From contig NC_045696.1 in the NCBI RefSeq assembly GCF_009834535.1, forward strand, positions 54,066,001 through 54,130,000: 64,000 nt of DNA, given 5' to 3'. Positions 1-12,790 of this stretch are shown here, in pieces. Every line of letters starts with the position of its first letter. Positions within the stretch are counted from its first letter, which is position 1. The DNA comes from Camelus ferus. Its lineage: Eukaryota. The notes beneath the pieces were generated by a model. The model ran no database searches. It was given only the letters and a program-made list of their open reading frames with translations, and was not told the origin of the DNA. Made by a program: the position numbers and the translations under genes.

Positions 1-394
1 AGTTTACAAGCATCCGATCTTTGTAAGTTTGTTAGCATTAACCTGTAAAACAGTCTAGATCTAGAGTTATTTGGGGAGGTAATTCTTTGACAAAATACTA
101 GCTTTCCCCAAGATTATTGGTTAGTTGATTCAGTAATTCAATTGTTATTTGCTGAGATCTATAAGTCATCTATCGTACTGAGTGGAGTATCACAAAATAA
201 GATACTTATGGTCCCTATTATCAGAGGGTGAACTGCACTGAGAGAGCCTGACAGCAAGTAATCTCCAGAATAATTCTATGTGTTTTCCACTTGGGATTTT
301 TTATACTTAAAAAAAAAAAAAACCCATGGATTATGTTTGAAAAACTATAGTCTCTTATTACAGGGTGCAAAGATGCACATGTATATACACAATC

Positions 395-542
395 TGGTGG
401 GGGTCTTGGACCTCTTTTGAGGATATGATGGCAGTACCATGTTTCCAGAAAAGTTCACAGTCATACACAAATGCAACTTACATAGAGCTTTAGGATTTCA
501 AGAACTCCAGAAGCCCATCTGTAAATTCTAGGTTGAGCAATA
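395..542. mobile_element. Old non-autonomous hAT-Charlie-type DNA transposon (MER103/MER117-like)
   Basis: Motifs ggggtcttggacctcttttgaggatatgatg, ccagaaaagttcaca and aagcccatctgtaaattctaggttgag resemble the recalled consensus. Subfamily uncertain. Confidence 0.5.
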
Positions 543-904
543 TTTTTCTATGTCACTATTTTCTTTTTATCTCTTTGATCCAGAGATAACTACAGACATT
601 GAATTCACACATAATTTTCCTTGCGTTTCTAATAATTTGATCAATTATTTAAATGTTACAGTATTCTGTACATAAAGGCTTAAACTTCTGAAATATTCAT
701 CATGGAATCTCCCTTTTTTAAATATAAAATTAATCTCTATTCAGCACTTAATGATTTTTGTCTTTAATTATGTTTTGTCTAGTGTTAATATTTAATGATC
801 TCTATTTTCTTTTTCTTTTGGTTGGTAAGACAAAAACATTAAACATCTTTAACTTTTTTGTCTTTTTAAAAAGATGTATTTCTTGGTTGAATTAATTTTA
901 TCAA

Positions 905-1065
905 CTCAATTTGTGAGACTTTCAGATAATAATACTTGATTCATAAAATTGCTGTAAGGATTAAGTGGCATAAAGCATTTAAAGGATGTAGAATAACATA
1001 GCATAGGGCCAGGCAGATGCTGAGAAGTAATAAATGTTCAGAATCATTGTCATTAACATTACCAC
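905..1065 (+). mobile_element. MIR SINE, 3' part
   Basis: ataatacttgattcataaaattgctgtaaggattaagtgg...aataaatgtt matches the MIR 3' half. Confidence 0.65.
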
Positions 1066-1313
1066 TAGTTATTTAATAAAGGGATTGAAATAATTTGTAG
1101 CGATTCTCAAAATGGATCTATAATTTTACTTTTGTCATTTTGCTTTGAGTATTTTTCTGATTCTTTCTACATTTTCTGTATTTTCCTAGACTATATACTT
1201 TCTTGCATTGTACATAGCATGCATGTCTCTTTTTTGATTGATACATGGATACATATTTTGTTTCTAATTCTACTTTGTGGTTATCTTTGCACTCTGAAAG
1301 TAATCTTTTAAAA

Positions 1314-1440
1314 ATTATTTTATTTTTATTATTTTTTTGGGTGGGGGGAGGTAATTAGGTTTATTTATTTTTGAGGATTGAACCTAGGATCTTGTGTATG
1401 GTAAGCACGCAGTCTACCACTTGAGCTATATCCTCCCCCC
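1314..1440 (-). mobile_element. Vic-1-type tRNA-derived SINE (camelid) with 17-bp TSD
   Basis: Minus strand reads GGGGGGAGGATATAGCTCAAGTGGTAGA (A box), GGTTCAATCC (B box), AATAAATAAACCTAATTACCTCCCCCC, then an A-rich tail. TSD aaagtaatcttttaaaa at 1297-1313 and 1448-1464. Confidence 0.9.
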
Positions 1441-1464
1441 AACTCCAAAAGTAATCTTTTAAAA

Positions 1465-1700
1465 TGTAAAATATTACAAACGTGGAAAACTACAGAGAGT
1501 AATGTAACCAACAACAGACACCAATGTTGCAGTCAGATTTAACAGACGTAACATTTTGCTCTACTTGTTTCCGATCTTTCTCTCTCTTAAGGAAATGAAC
1601 CAATAAGGATGGAGCCAAGGTTGGAGCCAAAGCCCAATTCCACATTTCCCACAGAGAACCACTATCCTGAAGTAGGTATTTCTATGCATGTGTTATACTT
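1465..1700 (-). mobile_element. Ancient L1 (L1ME-like) 3' UTR fragment
   Basis: aaaatattacaaac, gtaacattttgctctacttg and ccacagagaaccactatcctga are typical of antisense L1ME 3' ends. The T-rich flanks (1-2120) probably hold more decayed L1. Confidence 0.5.
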
Positions 1701-3279
1701 TCATTAACGGAATCTTCATTCCACTAATTGTAAAAGTTAATAATTAAATACCGTTCTTGAGCTGCCCCTTTGTAAAATCAGGAATTTAGCACTTTTGCGC
1801 TCTACTGCTCTACCTTGTTTTTGCTGTAACGTCAAGTTTTAGATATAGACTATAATCCTTTATTAAATTTTCATTTTTATATAACATACCTTTTAATATT
1901 TATTTTAGATCTTTGACTTTTTGTAAAAAATGACTTTAACTTTCAGCTCTGACTTTAAATGGTTTTAATGTTTCCTACTAGTCTTTTTACATGTGATTTC
2001 CCTGTGATGGACTTTTCAATTGTTTCCTCTCCTGATCAGTTGCTGTGTATTTTAAAGTAGTTTTAAAATGACGTATAGATATGACATGTTATAAGCCACT
2101 GAATGTCTGAGAATAACTTTAAAAAAAAAAAAAACCTCCTCACAAGAAAAAACACCTGTGAGGGAATAAACATATCCCAACTGTTATTCCCCACTGGATA
2201 CCTTGTGGACACTGTTCTGTTGCCCATTGGCCTATGGATGCTACAGAGCAGGCAGTCCTCAGTCAGCACCCCCTACCAGGGAGAGAATGAAGACTTCCCT
2301 AAAGCCGATTCCATCACGTATGATTAACGCTTATACAGGGGCTGCTCTCCTCCCCAAATTTCTATTATTTCCTAGGCTGTGTTTTTTCTTTTTTCCTTTT
2401 TTTTTCTTTTCCTTTCTGTAATCTCTTTGTATTTCTGTTAAGTCAACCTCAGATAGGAAATTGACTCAAATTTAGTATTTATTAACAGATACCGTGTGTA
2501 GATTGCCCTTGTCCTTACTCTCTGTTCACTTGGGTGAACTTGGGTGCTGGTCAAATACCTTCAGGCTCACTGATACATAGAAACTTGATATGCAAAACTC
2601 TTAGTCTGATTCCTGATGTCTTTCCATCTTTTTTCTGTGTAGCTCTACTGTATTGAAACAGGATGGTATATTATCTCATGTGCCTGATTGTCTGACACAA
2701 AGAATAGATGAACTATGTGGCAAAACCAGAGCCTCCAGTGTCTGCTGACAGGAATTTTTTTCTTGCCTCTGAACCATTCCCCCACCTAGCTCTTTACTTG
2801 TTGCAACTACACATCCTCAAATATCATGCATCAGCTTGTGTTCCAGTGCATCTCAACTGTTTATTTTCTGGATGATATAGTCCCAAACTGGATGCAGAAA
2901 TAGGGGCAGATATTAAGAGAATGGAGAGCACTTGGCTGCCTATATCAGCACCTGTTTGCCTATAGGATTCACTTAGTTGTCTGGTACAAACTGTCCTGTT
3001 CATGATCCAGGAGACAGATAACACAACAGGAAGATGTTTTTCCTATTTTGATTCAGGTGGGCAATTGTCTTCTGTTTCTGGCTCATCACTGATGCAGTCT
3101 TCCAACCCAATTCTTTCTCTCTTACAGTTTTAGAAGTTTTAAAAGAGAAGATTGATCTCTTAGGTTTCTGACAGTAGCCTGATGTTTTAGTCAGCATCAG
3201 TCTCAGCTTTGAGTCTAAGAGATATAAACAGAAAAGAAGCTTACTTCCCTGTCTTGCAGGAGTCTGGAGGTATGTTAGG

Positions 3280-3660
3280 CTTGTTGGGCATCTTTGATCC
3301 CCAAGTTCCCACGTCCAGGCTTCTTCTATCTTATTGTTCTGTTGTGTGTGGCCTCGATTTTCAAGGTCATGTCACAGTCTAATATGGCCACTGTCAACCA
3401 ATACACTCACATTTTAGTCAACATGAAGGAGGAAGGGACTAAGAAGAAAGAACAAAAGGCTAAGGATGTGCACAAGCTGCCCTTTAAGGGAGATTCCAAG
3501 AAGTTTTTGAGACTTTCCTGACTCCCTTTTACTGACCAGAACTTGGACACAGGGTCACAACAACCTGGAGGGGAGGGTGTAGCTGAGAAGTAGTCTTGCC
3601 ATGAAGTCATGCCCCGATCTAAAAGAAAAGAGTTTTAATGCTAAAGAAAGGGAGAAAAGA
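3280..3660 (-). mobile_element. ERVL-MaLR LTR fragment (MLT1I/J/K-like)
   Basis: ccaggcttcttctatctt, aatatggccactg, ctgaccagaacttggacacagggtcaca and gctgagaagtagtctt. Confidence 0.6.
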
Positions 3661-4768
3661 GATTGAGGATAGCTGGCAGACTTGTCACAGTTGTGGCTTT
3701 TCACCTGTTAGGGCACAGTGTCACACTACACCCCATATTAAACCAAAACAGAAACTCATTTTAATTTCTGAATATGTCAGACAATTTTGTTTTACCTTTT
3801 AATAACCTCATGTTAGAATATGTTCATACAGCTCTACAGTTACATATTTTAATTAGGAAAGTTTCTAATATCACATCTGGTGGCACTGAGATCTTGATCT
3901 GCCCATGAGAAAAACACTTATGTATCCTTAAGAGATGTATCTGCTTTTTCCCCTTTCCTTTTGAGAGTGTTATTGTGTTGGAAACAATTCTTCACACCAG
4001 TAATTTATGCCCCATGTTTACTGACATCTTCAAGTGGTTCAGTCAGATACAGCTGTAAGAAGCTGTAGGCGGAAGAAGAGATTGCAAGTGAGACGTGATC
4101 ATGGGGTGTTGGAAATGACCCCTTCGCCCCCAATCTTTTCTCATCTCTTTACCCACAATTCCACATGAGATAGCCCCCATCCAGCAAGTTTAAGTCATGC
4201 AATTTTACACATCAAACTGTTTTCCCGAGAAAGAGCAGTTTTAATCATTAGAAACTTTCATTTCTTTGTGTGGCCATTTATCTTTAATCCTTCTGATATC
4301 TCTCTAGCAGATACCCTCAACTTCATCAAAACCAGGTTGCCATTGTTAGTACCTCAAGAATGATTTTTCTAACAGTGGGTCTCCACTGTCTAATCATTAA
4401 ATGTGTCCCACCTAATATTATCATCATCCATTTTACACCCCAGCCACAGACCATTGCTGGAATAAGCCTAAATCACTAAACATGGATTTCTTTTTAATGT
4501 CAATTTCTGTTTTTGTCATTACTTGACTGCGCTATTAATTCATCTCACTGGTTCCATAGCTCACACCATCCGGTGGCCATGTCAACTCTTTTCAATTTAT
4601 TCACTCTTATCTCCTTACTCATTGTAATTCATCCTCCATCAATTACAGAGTTAGCTCCATATTTGTTCTCTTAGTAAATTTTCCCTACCCACTTGCCCAA
4701 TGCTCTCATATACTTCTACCAAATCCATCTTAAAACAATGTAGGAGAGCAATACGGTGAGAGGGGATT

Positions 4769-5092
4769 TGTTATGGAATGAATGTATGTATAGATGTAGA
4801 CCTATCTCCTATGGGCTCTGTTCCTCTGGAGAAGCTACTGACACACCTGATAAGCATCAGTACCAGAGTGCTCTCTCCCTTTCTCTCTCTGTGTGCATAT
4901 GCACCAAGGAAAGGCTGTGTGAGGAAACAGGGGGAAGAAATCCATCTAGAAGCCAGGAAGAGAGCTCTCACCAGGAACCAACTTGGCTGGCACTTTAATC
5001 TGGACTTCCAGCCCCCAGAACTGTCAGAAAATAAATTTCTGTTGTTTAAACCACTCAGTCTATTTGGTTATAGCAACCTGAGCAGAATAATA
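4769..5092 (+). mobile_element. MaLR LTR (MLT1A/MST-like) containing an MLT2-like 3' fragment at ~4790-4845
   Basis: Starts tgttatggaatgaatgt. The 3' half agccaggaagagagctctcaccaggaacc...ggacttccagcccccagaactgtcagaaaataaatttctgttgtttaaaccactcagtct is diagnostic of MaLR. Confidence 0.8.
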
Positions 5093-5549
5093 TGGGTATA
5101 CAGAGGTCCTGAGAAGGGAGTCTCTGAACCAGACCATGGCTTGAGGAAGAAGGACAGGAAGGTGTGAAGAACTCAACTTGAGGGGCAGTGGTACCATGTG
5201 GCAGGAATACTAAGACATTTACTTGTTGCCACCGTCTAGCTGAGACCAGGCACCAGGTGGTCCTTAGCCCTGTCTGCCTGGACTAAGGGAATGCACTGGG
5301 CAGGGGTCTGAGATGGCTGTTTTTGCTCCCAGAAAGTGTGTGTCCCCCTTGCCTTGATATGGTGAATCTCTGCTATTACTAACAAGTTATCTTTTAAATT
5401 CTGATTTAAAGATGAAGATGAGGAATGGGAGAAAATAAGAGGCTCTGGTGTCAGACTCTAGCTAAACAGGACTGAAAGCCAAAACTTTAATAAGAAGATG
5501 GGAATAGTGTGAGTCACGTCATTATAGAACTGGCACTTCGTTTATTATT

Positions 5550-5790
5550 TTCTTTTAAATGTTTTATTGAAGTATAGTCTATTTACAATGTTCTGATAAC
5601 TTCTGGTGTCCAGCATAGTGACTCATGTACACACACACACACACACTCCTGTTCATATTCTTTTTCATTATAGGCCATTATAAGGTATTAAATATAGTTC
5701 CCTGTGCTGTACAGTAGGACGTTGCTGTTTATCTATTTTGTATATAGTAGTTAGTGTCTGCAAATCTCAAACTCCCAACTTATCCCACCT
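5550..5790 (-). mobile_element. L1 3' end, 5'-truncated, with internal (CA)n
   Basis: ttttattgaagtatagtctatttacaatg...atatagttccctgtgctgtacagtaggac...aaactcccaacttatccc. Confidence 0.9.
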
Positions 5791-7784
5791 CAGAGCTTAA
5801 TTTACGTCTGAAGTGTTTGATGCGCTTACGAATATAAAAGTGTACCCAAAAAAGCCAAAAAGGAAATCTTATAATACGTCAAGTAGGGTAACCTATGAAT
5901 GGGCAGTTGAAGGGTTGTTTTCCAGTTGCTTTGTTCTAGAGTGTTCTTGTTTTATAATCAGATCGAAAGTAAAATGAAAACATGACATTCTATACACATA
6001 AAATTTTAGTATGATGGACTAATATTTCTAAATCTTAACTTTTCCCATTACATGAGTTTATTTCCTTGCCTGCATCTTTGCATTTTCGTGACACTGTTAA
6101 GCTGATGTTTGTGGTAAAAAAGAGTCAGCTTTAACACTATCTTCATTTAATAATACACAGTATCTCATTCTCCTTCCTGCTTCCACCACATTTCTGAGGA
6201 AATCTGTTAAAATGAGAGCACTGCTTTCCTAGAACACATCCTTTTTTGAATCAAGGATGATTTGCATTCTTCACACAGCAGGAGTTTGGGGGAATTTCTG
6301 TGCTTCAATGTCTTAAAAAGATCTCCAGCTCCACAGGCAGATGTAGAATGTTGAATATTTAGCATTTGTTATTAGAGAGAGGACTGTTATTTATATTTGC
6401 GATATAAGTAGTTGACTGCTGGCTAAAGTGCACCCTGCCACTCAGCTGGCTTAGTTATTGTCATTATTGGAGCTGTCTTAGTAGTTACCAGGTTATCTTT
6501 TCAAAGATGAAATCTATGAATACATATCCAACTGGCACACAGACTTCACTGAGAAGCCCTGCAGTCTATTCCTGCTCTAGTCTCAGTGCCATGAGCTCCT
6601 GACCACAGGAAGCAGGGTAGGAACAAGCTCATGTACTGCCTTTAAATGGTAAACAGTTTAGCCTTTTCCAAATGGCGAGCAGTATGGACAGTTTGGGGGC
6701 CACCCTAATCACCTCCACTCCCTCAAAAAACAAAGCACGAAACAAAGCTGGCAATTACTGATAACATAAGCTCCAATGTCAAAAACACAACTGCAAGCAA
6801 CTATGCAAAGAAGTATCTCAAGAGGGATAATTAAAACACACATGTGCACCCAGAGAAAAAGAGATGACTTTCTTGCCATCCTTCCCGCCCCTCCAACTCC
6901 CAACCCCATTCTCTTGTATTTTCAACAAGTAACAAGACAGGAGAAAGGGAATGAATGTTAGACTGCCTCCACAATTGGTAATTAATAAGGATGCTGCTTT
7001 AACTGTCTAAAATTTCCTTCCTGCTAAATGTTTAAATATATCATTCTGTGTGCCTCCACCCACATTCTGTCTGCTTCAGGGAAGAGTTCTTGGTCCTTTT
7101 GACTCCTCTGACTCTAGACATGCACAGGGGACCTGCTCCTAAAGGAAAGATTTGTCTCTGTATGCACTTGTCTTCGTATGTATAGAAAGAGAGAGCTGTA
7201 ACTATGTGAGTCAGAGTGAGCTTTCTTTGTGTATGTGTCCGGGGCATCCATTGGGTTTCTTTTTAATCCTTCATTTTTGAGTGTGCCTGTGTGTGGAGTA
7301 TGCTTGAGTGTGTGTGTGTGTGGGGGGGGTGTATGGGAAAGAGAGAGAGAAACTGAAAATCATAATCTCCCTCAATTCTTGCTCTTGTTACAATTAATTA
7401 GGATGTGGCTCTAAATGAAGGATCGCAGTACTTTCTCTACAAAGAGAAGCTTGTACCTGGATCAAGAAAGAATAAAAACCAAAAAGGCCAGTATTTCTTC
7501 CTTTCAGTCATGTTATAGCCAGAGCCTGAGATACTTCATTGCTCATAGCACAGAAACAGACATCCAGGTGTCTTTTACTTTCCTCTCTGAGTAAAAGCTG
7601 AATGGGGCTGCAGATGAAGTGACAGTGGTGGAAGGCTGGAAGACTAGCTGAGAGCTACGTGTTCCCACTGGGAGGTAGGGAATTTTGAAAGATTTCTGCC
7701 ATGTGATGCTGTTCGTTATCCAAATCACTAGAGAAGTCTGAAGACTGCATCAATCTAAATTTAAGCTTTTTTATAAATTGACTT

Positions 7785-7920
7785 ATTCAGTCAATAAATA
7801 TTTATTGGATGTATACAATGTGCCAAGCATTCTGGAGGATACAAAATGAATAATGTAGTCTTTTCTCTCAAACAGTTTATGATTACATAGAAGAGGATAA
7901 TATATATATGCAAATAACTA
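7785..7920 (-). mobile_element. L2 3' end
   Basis: attcagtcaataaatatttattg...atgtgccaagcattctgg...atacaaaatgaata. Confidence 0.7.
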
Positions 7921-8075
7921 TGTTATTTTATTCAGGACTCTTTCAGTTGCAAATGACAGAATCCAAACACAAAGTTACTTACACAGAAAAGGAATTTATT
8001 GGCTCAGGTAACTAAAAAGTTTTTGAGTAGATCTTTAGGCACAGCTGAATTCAGGAGCTTATTTGATATAAGGTT
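7921..8075 (-). mobile_element. MaLR LTR fragment (MLT1K/L-like)
   Basis: tcaggactctttcagttgcaaatgacaga...aaaaggaatttattggctcaggtaact...ggcacagctgaattcaggag. Confidence 0.75.
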
Positions 8076-9369
8076 CTCTGATTCCCACTCTCCTCCCCTC
8101 CCCACCGCTTCCATTCCTTGAGATTTGGGCTCTTCGGACAAATTACTGTGGACAGAGGTGTCATGATTGCTCAGTACTAGTCATAGAACTTTAGCTCCTA
8201 CAGCTGTGCCTGGACCTTGGCAAGTGCTTATCAAACATTTGCTAAATAAACAGAATGTTTTCAGAAGTGTGGTGAGAGTCGGTGGGATGAACCACAGATT
8301 GTAAAGGATTGATGAATGATACAGTGGGGGGAGGAAAGAAGACAGTGAATATAACTAATATCTCAAAAACACTTTCCAAGAAAGGATGGAGGAGAGGACC
8401 ATTCTTTGGATGAAATCTGTTTATTTTTGTGCATAAGAGGAAAACAGATCATACTTCTAGGCTTATGAGAATAATGGAAACGAACACAGTACTGTTCTTG
8501 AGGAAGTGCACTCATGTGCATTGGGGGTTGTGGGGGAGTGAGGACAAGAGCATAGGTGGAATTTCATTTTGGAAGTAATTTTCCCCCAAAGAAGGAGAAA
8601 AAGAAAGATGGGTAAGGGAAGAAAGGATTTTAAAGTGGAGTGGAAAGCAGCAGAATGGTTCAGGATCCAATGGCTTTTGTGTTCTTAGTCCAACAACATA
8701 AGACAATGAAATGTGAAGTAGAAAAAAATGCCCAGCCACTATGATCAAAAGAACAGGAATGCAATAAGGATGGATTACAATGATTTTTAGAGTTGGATTA
8801 CATGAATGGCTGTCACACACATATCCACACACCACACACATAGTGTATAAAATGGGATCTGTGATCAGATTTCCCAAAATGGTTTGTTTGCAGCTTTTTC
8901 TCTCCCAATATATATATGGTTCTTTCTTATCATGATTCTTGGGTTTTTTTAATTGGGAAAATTACTGTTGTAATACAAATTCCCCAAAGTTACAATGAAG
9001 GCATGTACTTGTCTTTGACCAGGGATAAGAAAGAAATTAGGACACTGAACATTGTTTTTTGACTTTAAAAATCAATGGGTGATTACCCATCGCAAGAGCA
9101 TCTGCATTCCTCAGCATTCTAAGTTAAACAAAGGAAGTATATTTTCTCCAATCTCTATTCTCTGATATGCTTAGAGAAATGATGAGAATTGATGTCTTTA
9201 AATTACTGCATAGAATGAAGCCATTATTTCATATCCCATCAGAATTCCAACATTAAAATTACAGTTCTGCTAAACACACACAAGCATCTGAAAAGACATG
9301 ATAATATTTTCATTTGCAGTAAGATAAAGTAATTTTTCAATTTTTGAATTAATATCAATGCACTTTAAA

Positions 9370-9436
9370 AAAATAAAATAGATTTCTGTTTATATAAGCC
9401 ACCTAGTTTGTGGTAGAGTAGCCTGAACTAAGACAG
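9370..9436 (+). mobile_element. MLT1 LTR 3' terminal fragment
   Basis: atttctgtttatataagccacctagtttgtggta...gcctgaactaagaca. Confidence 0.7.
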
Positions 9437-10494
9437 AACTTTCAGAAAACCCAATGAGAAAGCAAACAAAAAACCCTTATCTTCTCTGAAGTCCTCAATC
9501 ACAACAGGGAAGGATAAAGTATATAGGATCTCATAGGTATAAAAATTGGAACATACGAGATTACAAGGTTATGAAGAACTGAAGAGCCTGAGAATAGAGT
9601 CCACGCAGGGTAGAGAGACAAATGAAGACAGAGACAAGGTCATGAACTGTGAGAGTGGAAAATGGTCAAGGGAGTAGAGGTCATGGGGAAAATCAGAGCA
9701 GACTGAGCAACAGTGAGAAAGTAGGCGATGCTAAACTGATCGTGAGCCTTGAGGGGAAATGAGTCTGATGCTGCTCTTTCAGTGTGGCTGCGTTGCTAGG
9801 CGACTGAAGTGCAGAAGGAATGGAGGTCATGGGAGTTGAGGGGACTGAGATACTAAGGTTTCAGATGAGTCTTGAACTTGCAACTGTAAAGTATAAAGCC
9901 CTACGGATGGACCCAACCCTAGTGGTGAGGGTTGAAAGGGCTTGGAATGAGGTAAGAGGGGAGAATCATCCTTCGCGGTGAGCCATCTCTGGGGCTGTGT
10001 GTTTTGTCCACCACAATGTGTAAACAGTGCTAACAGGACCATGTGGGCCAGCCCTGGCCACAGACAGGTGACCAGGTTCTTAGCCAGACAGGAGGTGTGG
10101 AAAGGGTGATGAAAATTTTCCTTGTGGACTGGGAGGCTGTGGGTGAGTGGGTGGCTGTATATTGTATATACAATATAAATATACATAAAACATAATATAT
10201 ATAGAAAACAAATATTTTAAAAGTATATTATTTTGTTTTGAGCCTTAAGTAACTTTAAAATAACAGACAGCAGAGATACCTGCTCCCCAGCAATCCCAGG
10301 GCCAACCTTTGACAGGTACCCCAAAACTAAGGAGAATTTCTCTGATCATAATATCCGAAGAAAAGTTTACTCCTTATTTAAACACATAATAACCTACACA
10401 ATGGTGTCTTTTCTCACCCCTACTACTCTCTAAAGTTTACATTCTTCACTGTGTCAAAAGTTTGATTAATTTATCCATTCACTCACTCATACAG

Positions 10495-10580
10495 CTATTT
10501 TCTGTCTAATCCCTCCCTTTAGAATGTAAGCTTCATGATGGCCCAGATCTTTTGTTTTACCTTACATTCCCAGTTCCCTT
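10495..10580 (+). mobile_element. L2 3' fragment
   Basis: tctgtct...tagaatgtaagcttcatgatggcccagatcttttgtttt. Confidence 0.6.
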
Positions 10581-11179
10581 CCCTCACCTGTGACTTTCTA
10601 ATAGAAGTTGAATACGTAAACACACACTATATATACTACATACTATATACTATACACACACACACATATATATATGTTTTTTCTAATTACCTGGGCAAAT
10701 ATTTCAGTGTAAAAGGATCAAAAATAAAGTTGGCATAATACTGAATACTAAATAGATTAAATATTTCTTCTCTTTCCAAGGTGTTTCTAGTTTGCTTGAG
10801 TGATATTTAAAGGATATAAAAATGTAAAAGAGTAAGGAAGTGAATTATGTGATGTATCCCTTTGTCGTCCCATATCCGTAGTTATCTGTTTTAGTACATC
10901 TTACTCTTGCCTGAAGAAAGCGTAGTTTGCTCTCTCTCTCTCCTCTTCTCTGCTCCCCATCCCACTCCACATACACACACTCCCTTGCTACATACTCATC
11001 CTTAAGCCTATTTGTCAAATCTGTGATTTCCATGTAAGCAGTCCAATTCACCCTCTCTTTTGCATACTTCCCCTGATTTACATCACTAATGGGAATAATG
11101 AAATGTCTGGATTCAGTACTGCTCTTGCTGTATCTTTATAATCATCGCTGCAGTATTGAAATAATGAAAGCAAAATGTT

Positions 11180-11390
11180 CTGCTGCTTGGAGTGCTGGGC
11201 TAATGAGGTCAAGGTAGTTGGTCCAATTTCTGGGCAGGCTAGTTAGTATTTCACGCAAGAGAAAAAATGGTTTCAGAGCCATAGGCTGCACCCTTACCCT
11301 TAACTAGCTATCTTACAAAGACATAACATTGGTTACAAACAAACTGTGGTAAGAGAAAGGGAATGAATTTAGGTAAATCCACTATTTAGA
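11180..11390 (+). mobile_element. MamSINE1 (ancient tRNA-derived SINE)
   Basis: gctaatgaggtcaaggtag, ggctagttag, gccataggctgcacccttaccc, cattggttacaa and gtaaatccact occur in the order of the recalled consensus. Confidence 0.7.
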
Positions 11391-11646
11391 TAAGACTAGG
11401 GCCACTCTCATAACCAACTCAGTGATCTTGGGTCCACAATTAAGGAATCAAACTTAGCAACCCAGTAGAGTTAAGCTTAACAAATGGCAAGTGAATATAT
11501 GTTAAGAATATAAGAATAAATCAGATAGAAATAGCCAAAGGTGAGGATAAATATTAAACAATAGGCACCATTCTGGAATGGCAAATTTCATATCCCGCAA
11601 TGCCAGGGGATTATGGTAAACCTTTAAAATAAATATTAGTTTATTT

Positions 11647-11742
11647 TAGGGTCTCTTCATACAGCTGCACAGGTTGTGTACTGCACAACATTAGAGGAAG
11701 ACTTTTACTTCTACTATGATGTGAATGGCCCACACAGGGGCT
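11647..11742. mobile_element. MER91-like hAT-Tip100 palindromic element, partial
   Basis: atacagctgcacaggttgtgtactgcacaac...ctactatgatgtgaatggccc. A second short piece (ctggagttgtgcagtgca) lies at ~44060-44095. Confidence 0.7.
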
Positions 11743-11784
11743 CTGACTCTTTGATCTTTATATCAGCTCCATAAAATAAACACT

Positions 11785-11900
11785 ACTATTCACCACTGTC
11801 ACCTTACATGTGAGGAAAAGGAAACTATTAGAGAATAAGTAATTTGCCCAAGTCACACAGATAATGAGTAATGGAGACAGGATTCAAAGCTGTTCCACTT
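11785..11900 (-). mobile_element. MIR SINE
   Basis: tgaggaaa...aagtaatttgcccaagtcacacag...ggagacaggattcaaa. Confidence 0.75.
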
Positions 11901-12299
11901 AAGTTAAAGAAATCTTCAGAATGAGGAAAATAAAATATCTGTTTAATTTGAGCAGGATAATATATTGAAATCCAAGAGAAACCCCCCTGGAACCAGAAAA
12001 GGGAGTATCTTCATTACCTTCAGGAATGCCCACAGGGAGAATGAAGAATAGTCCAGGGTCACAGGGGATGATCTAAAGAGTCCAGAAGTAGATACAGGCT
12101 GAAATAGCACTGGATCTCACCAGTAATCCTAATTCATATCTTTATCATGGCATGTCCTTATTTAGGGCACACTTTAGCAAGGGAAAGGTATAAAGACTCA
12201 CCTGTGGTTTATTTCCCAGACCCGAGACATACAGAAAACCACTCTTTACTCAGAATAGAGAAGATAGATTGGATATTCTTGTGTTTTTTATGTTTTTCC

Positions 12300-12418
12300 A
12301 CTGGGAGCCGTGGGAGGCTTGTAAAATGCCGATTATCAGGTCTTACCTTAGGCTACTCAAACTCCATGTTCCCAGAAGATACTGAAACACATCACAATTC
12401 GGGAAACCCTGCCCTAGA
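12300..12418. mobile_element. MER5-like hAT-Charlie fragment
   Basis: gggaggcttgtaaaatgccgatt...cttaggctactcaa...tcgggaaaccctgccctaga. Confidence 0.55.
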
Positions 12419-12649
12419 AGACAGGTGAGGTGATAGAATGCTCTAAATTCCTAAAGGCCACAGATGGGCACAGGATTTGGGAACAGATGAGAAACCCAAA
12501 AAGGGGCAATTAGGGACATCAGATTCAACCACAAACACCAAGGCTCCCTCTTGGATGTTCTGCTTTTGGATGGACATGCAGTTAGAGCTCCACTAGGCGT
12601 TTCATCCCAGGATCCGACCCATGTTAGGAGAGCTGATGTGGTGGAAGGC

Positions 12650-12790
12650 TTTCTCTAGCCTCGGCTTCCTTACTTATACCATGAGGATAAAATTACCCTC
12701 TTGCAATATTATGAGGATAAAATGAGATGACTTATGGGAAGCACCTGCTGTAATGTAAGTTTGCATTGATGATAAGCATTGCTGTAGTTA
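12650..12790 (+). mobile_element. MIR SINE
   Basis: ctctagcctcggcttcctta...atgaggataaaatgagatg...taagcattgct. Confidence 0.6.

Noticed and set aside
1314..1440. tRNA-like A and B boxes (also at 18225-18314 and 11180-11250)
   Set aside because: These are SINE heads followed by SINE body or tail sequence (with a TSD at 1314), not tRNA genes.
2135..2345. GC-richer segment next to a poly-A run as a possible processed pseudogene
   Set aside because: The A-run is on the wrong side for the + ORFs, and there is no TSD or recognisable protein.
4756..5167. Overlapping ORFs up to 129 aa
   Set aside because: They lie in a MaLR LTR (DFQPPEL..NKFLLFKP is the usual LTR translation).
6740..6815. Minus-strand ttgcatagttgc resembling known miRNA starts
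   Set aside because: Only a short match, and no pre-miRNA-length hairpin is visible.
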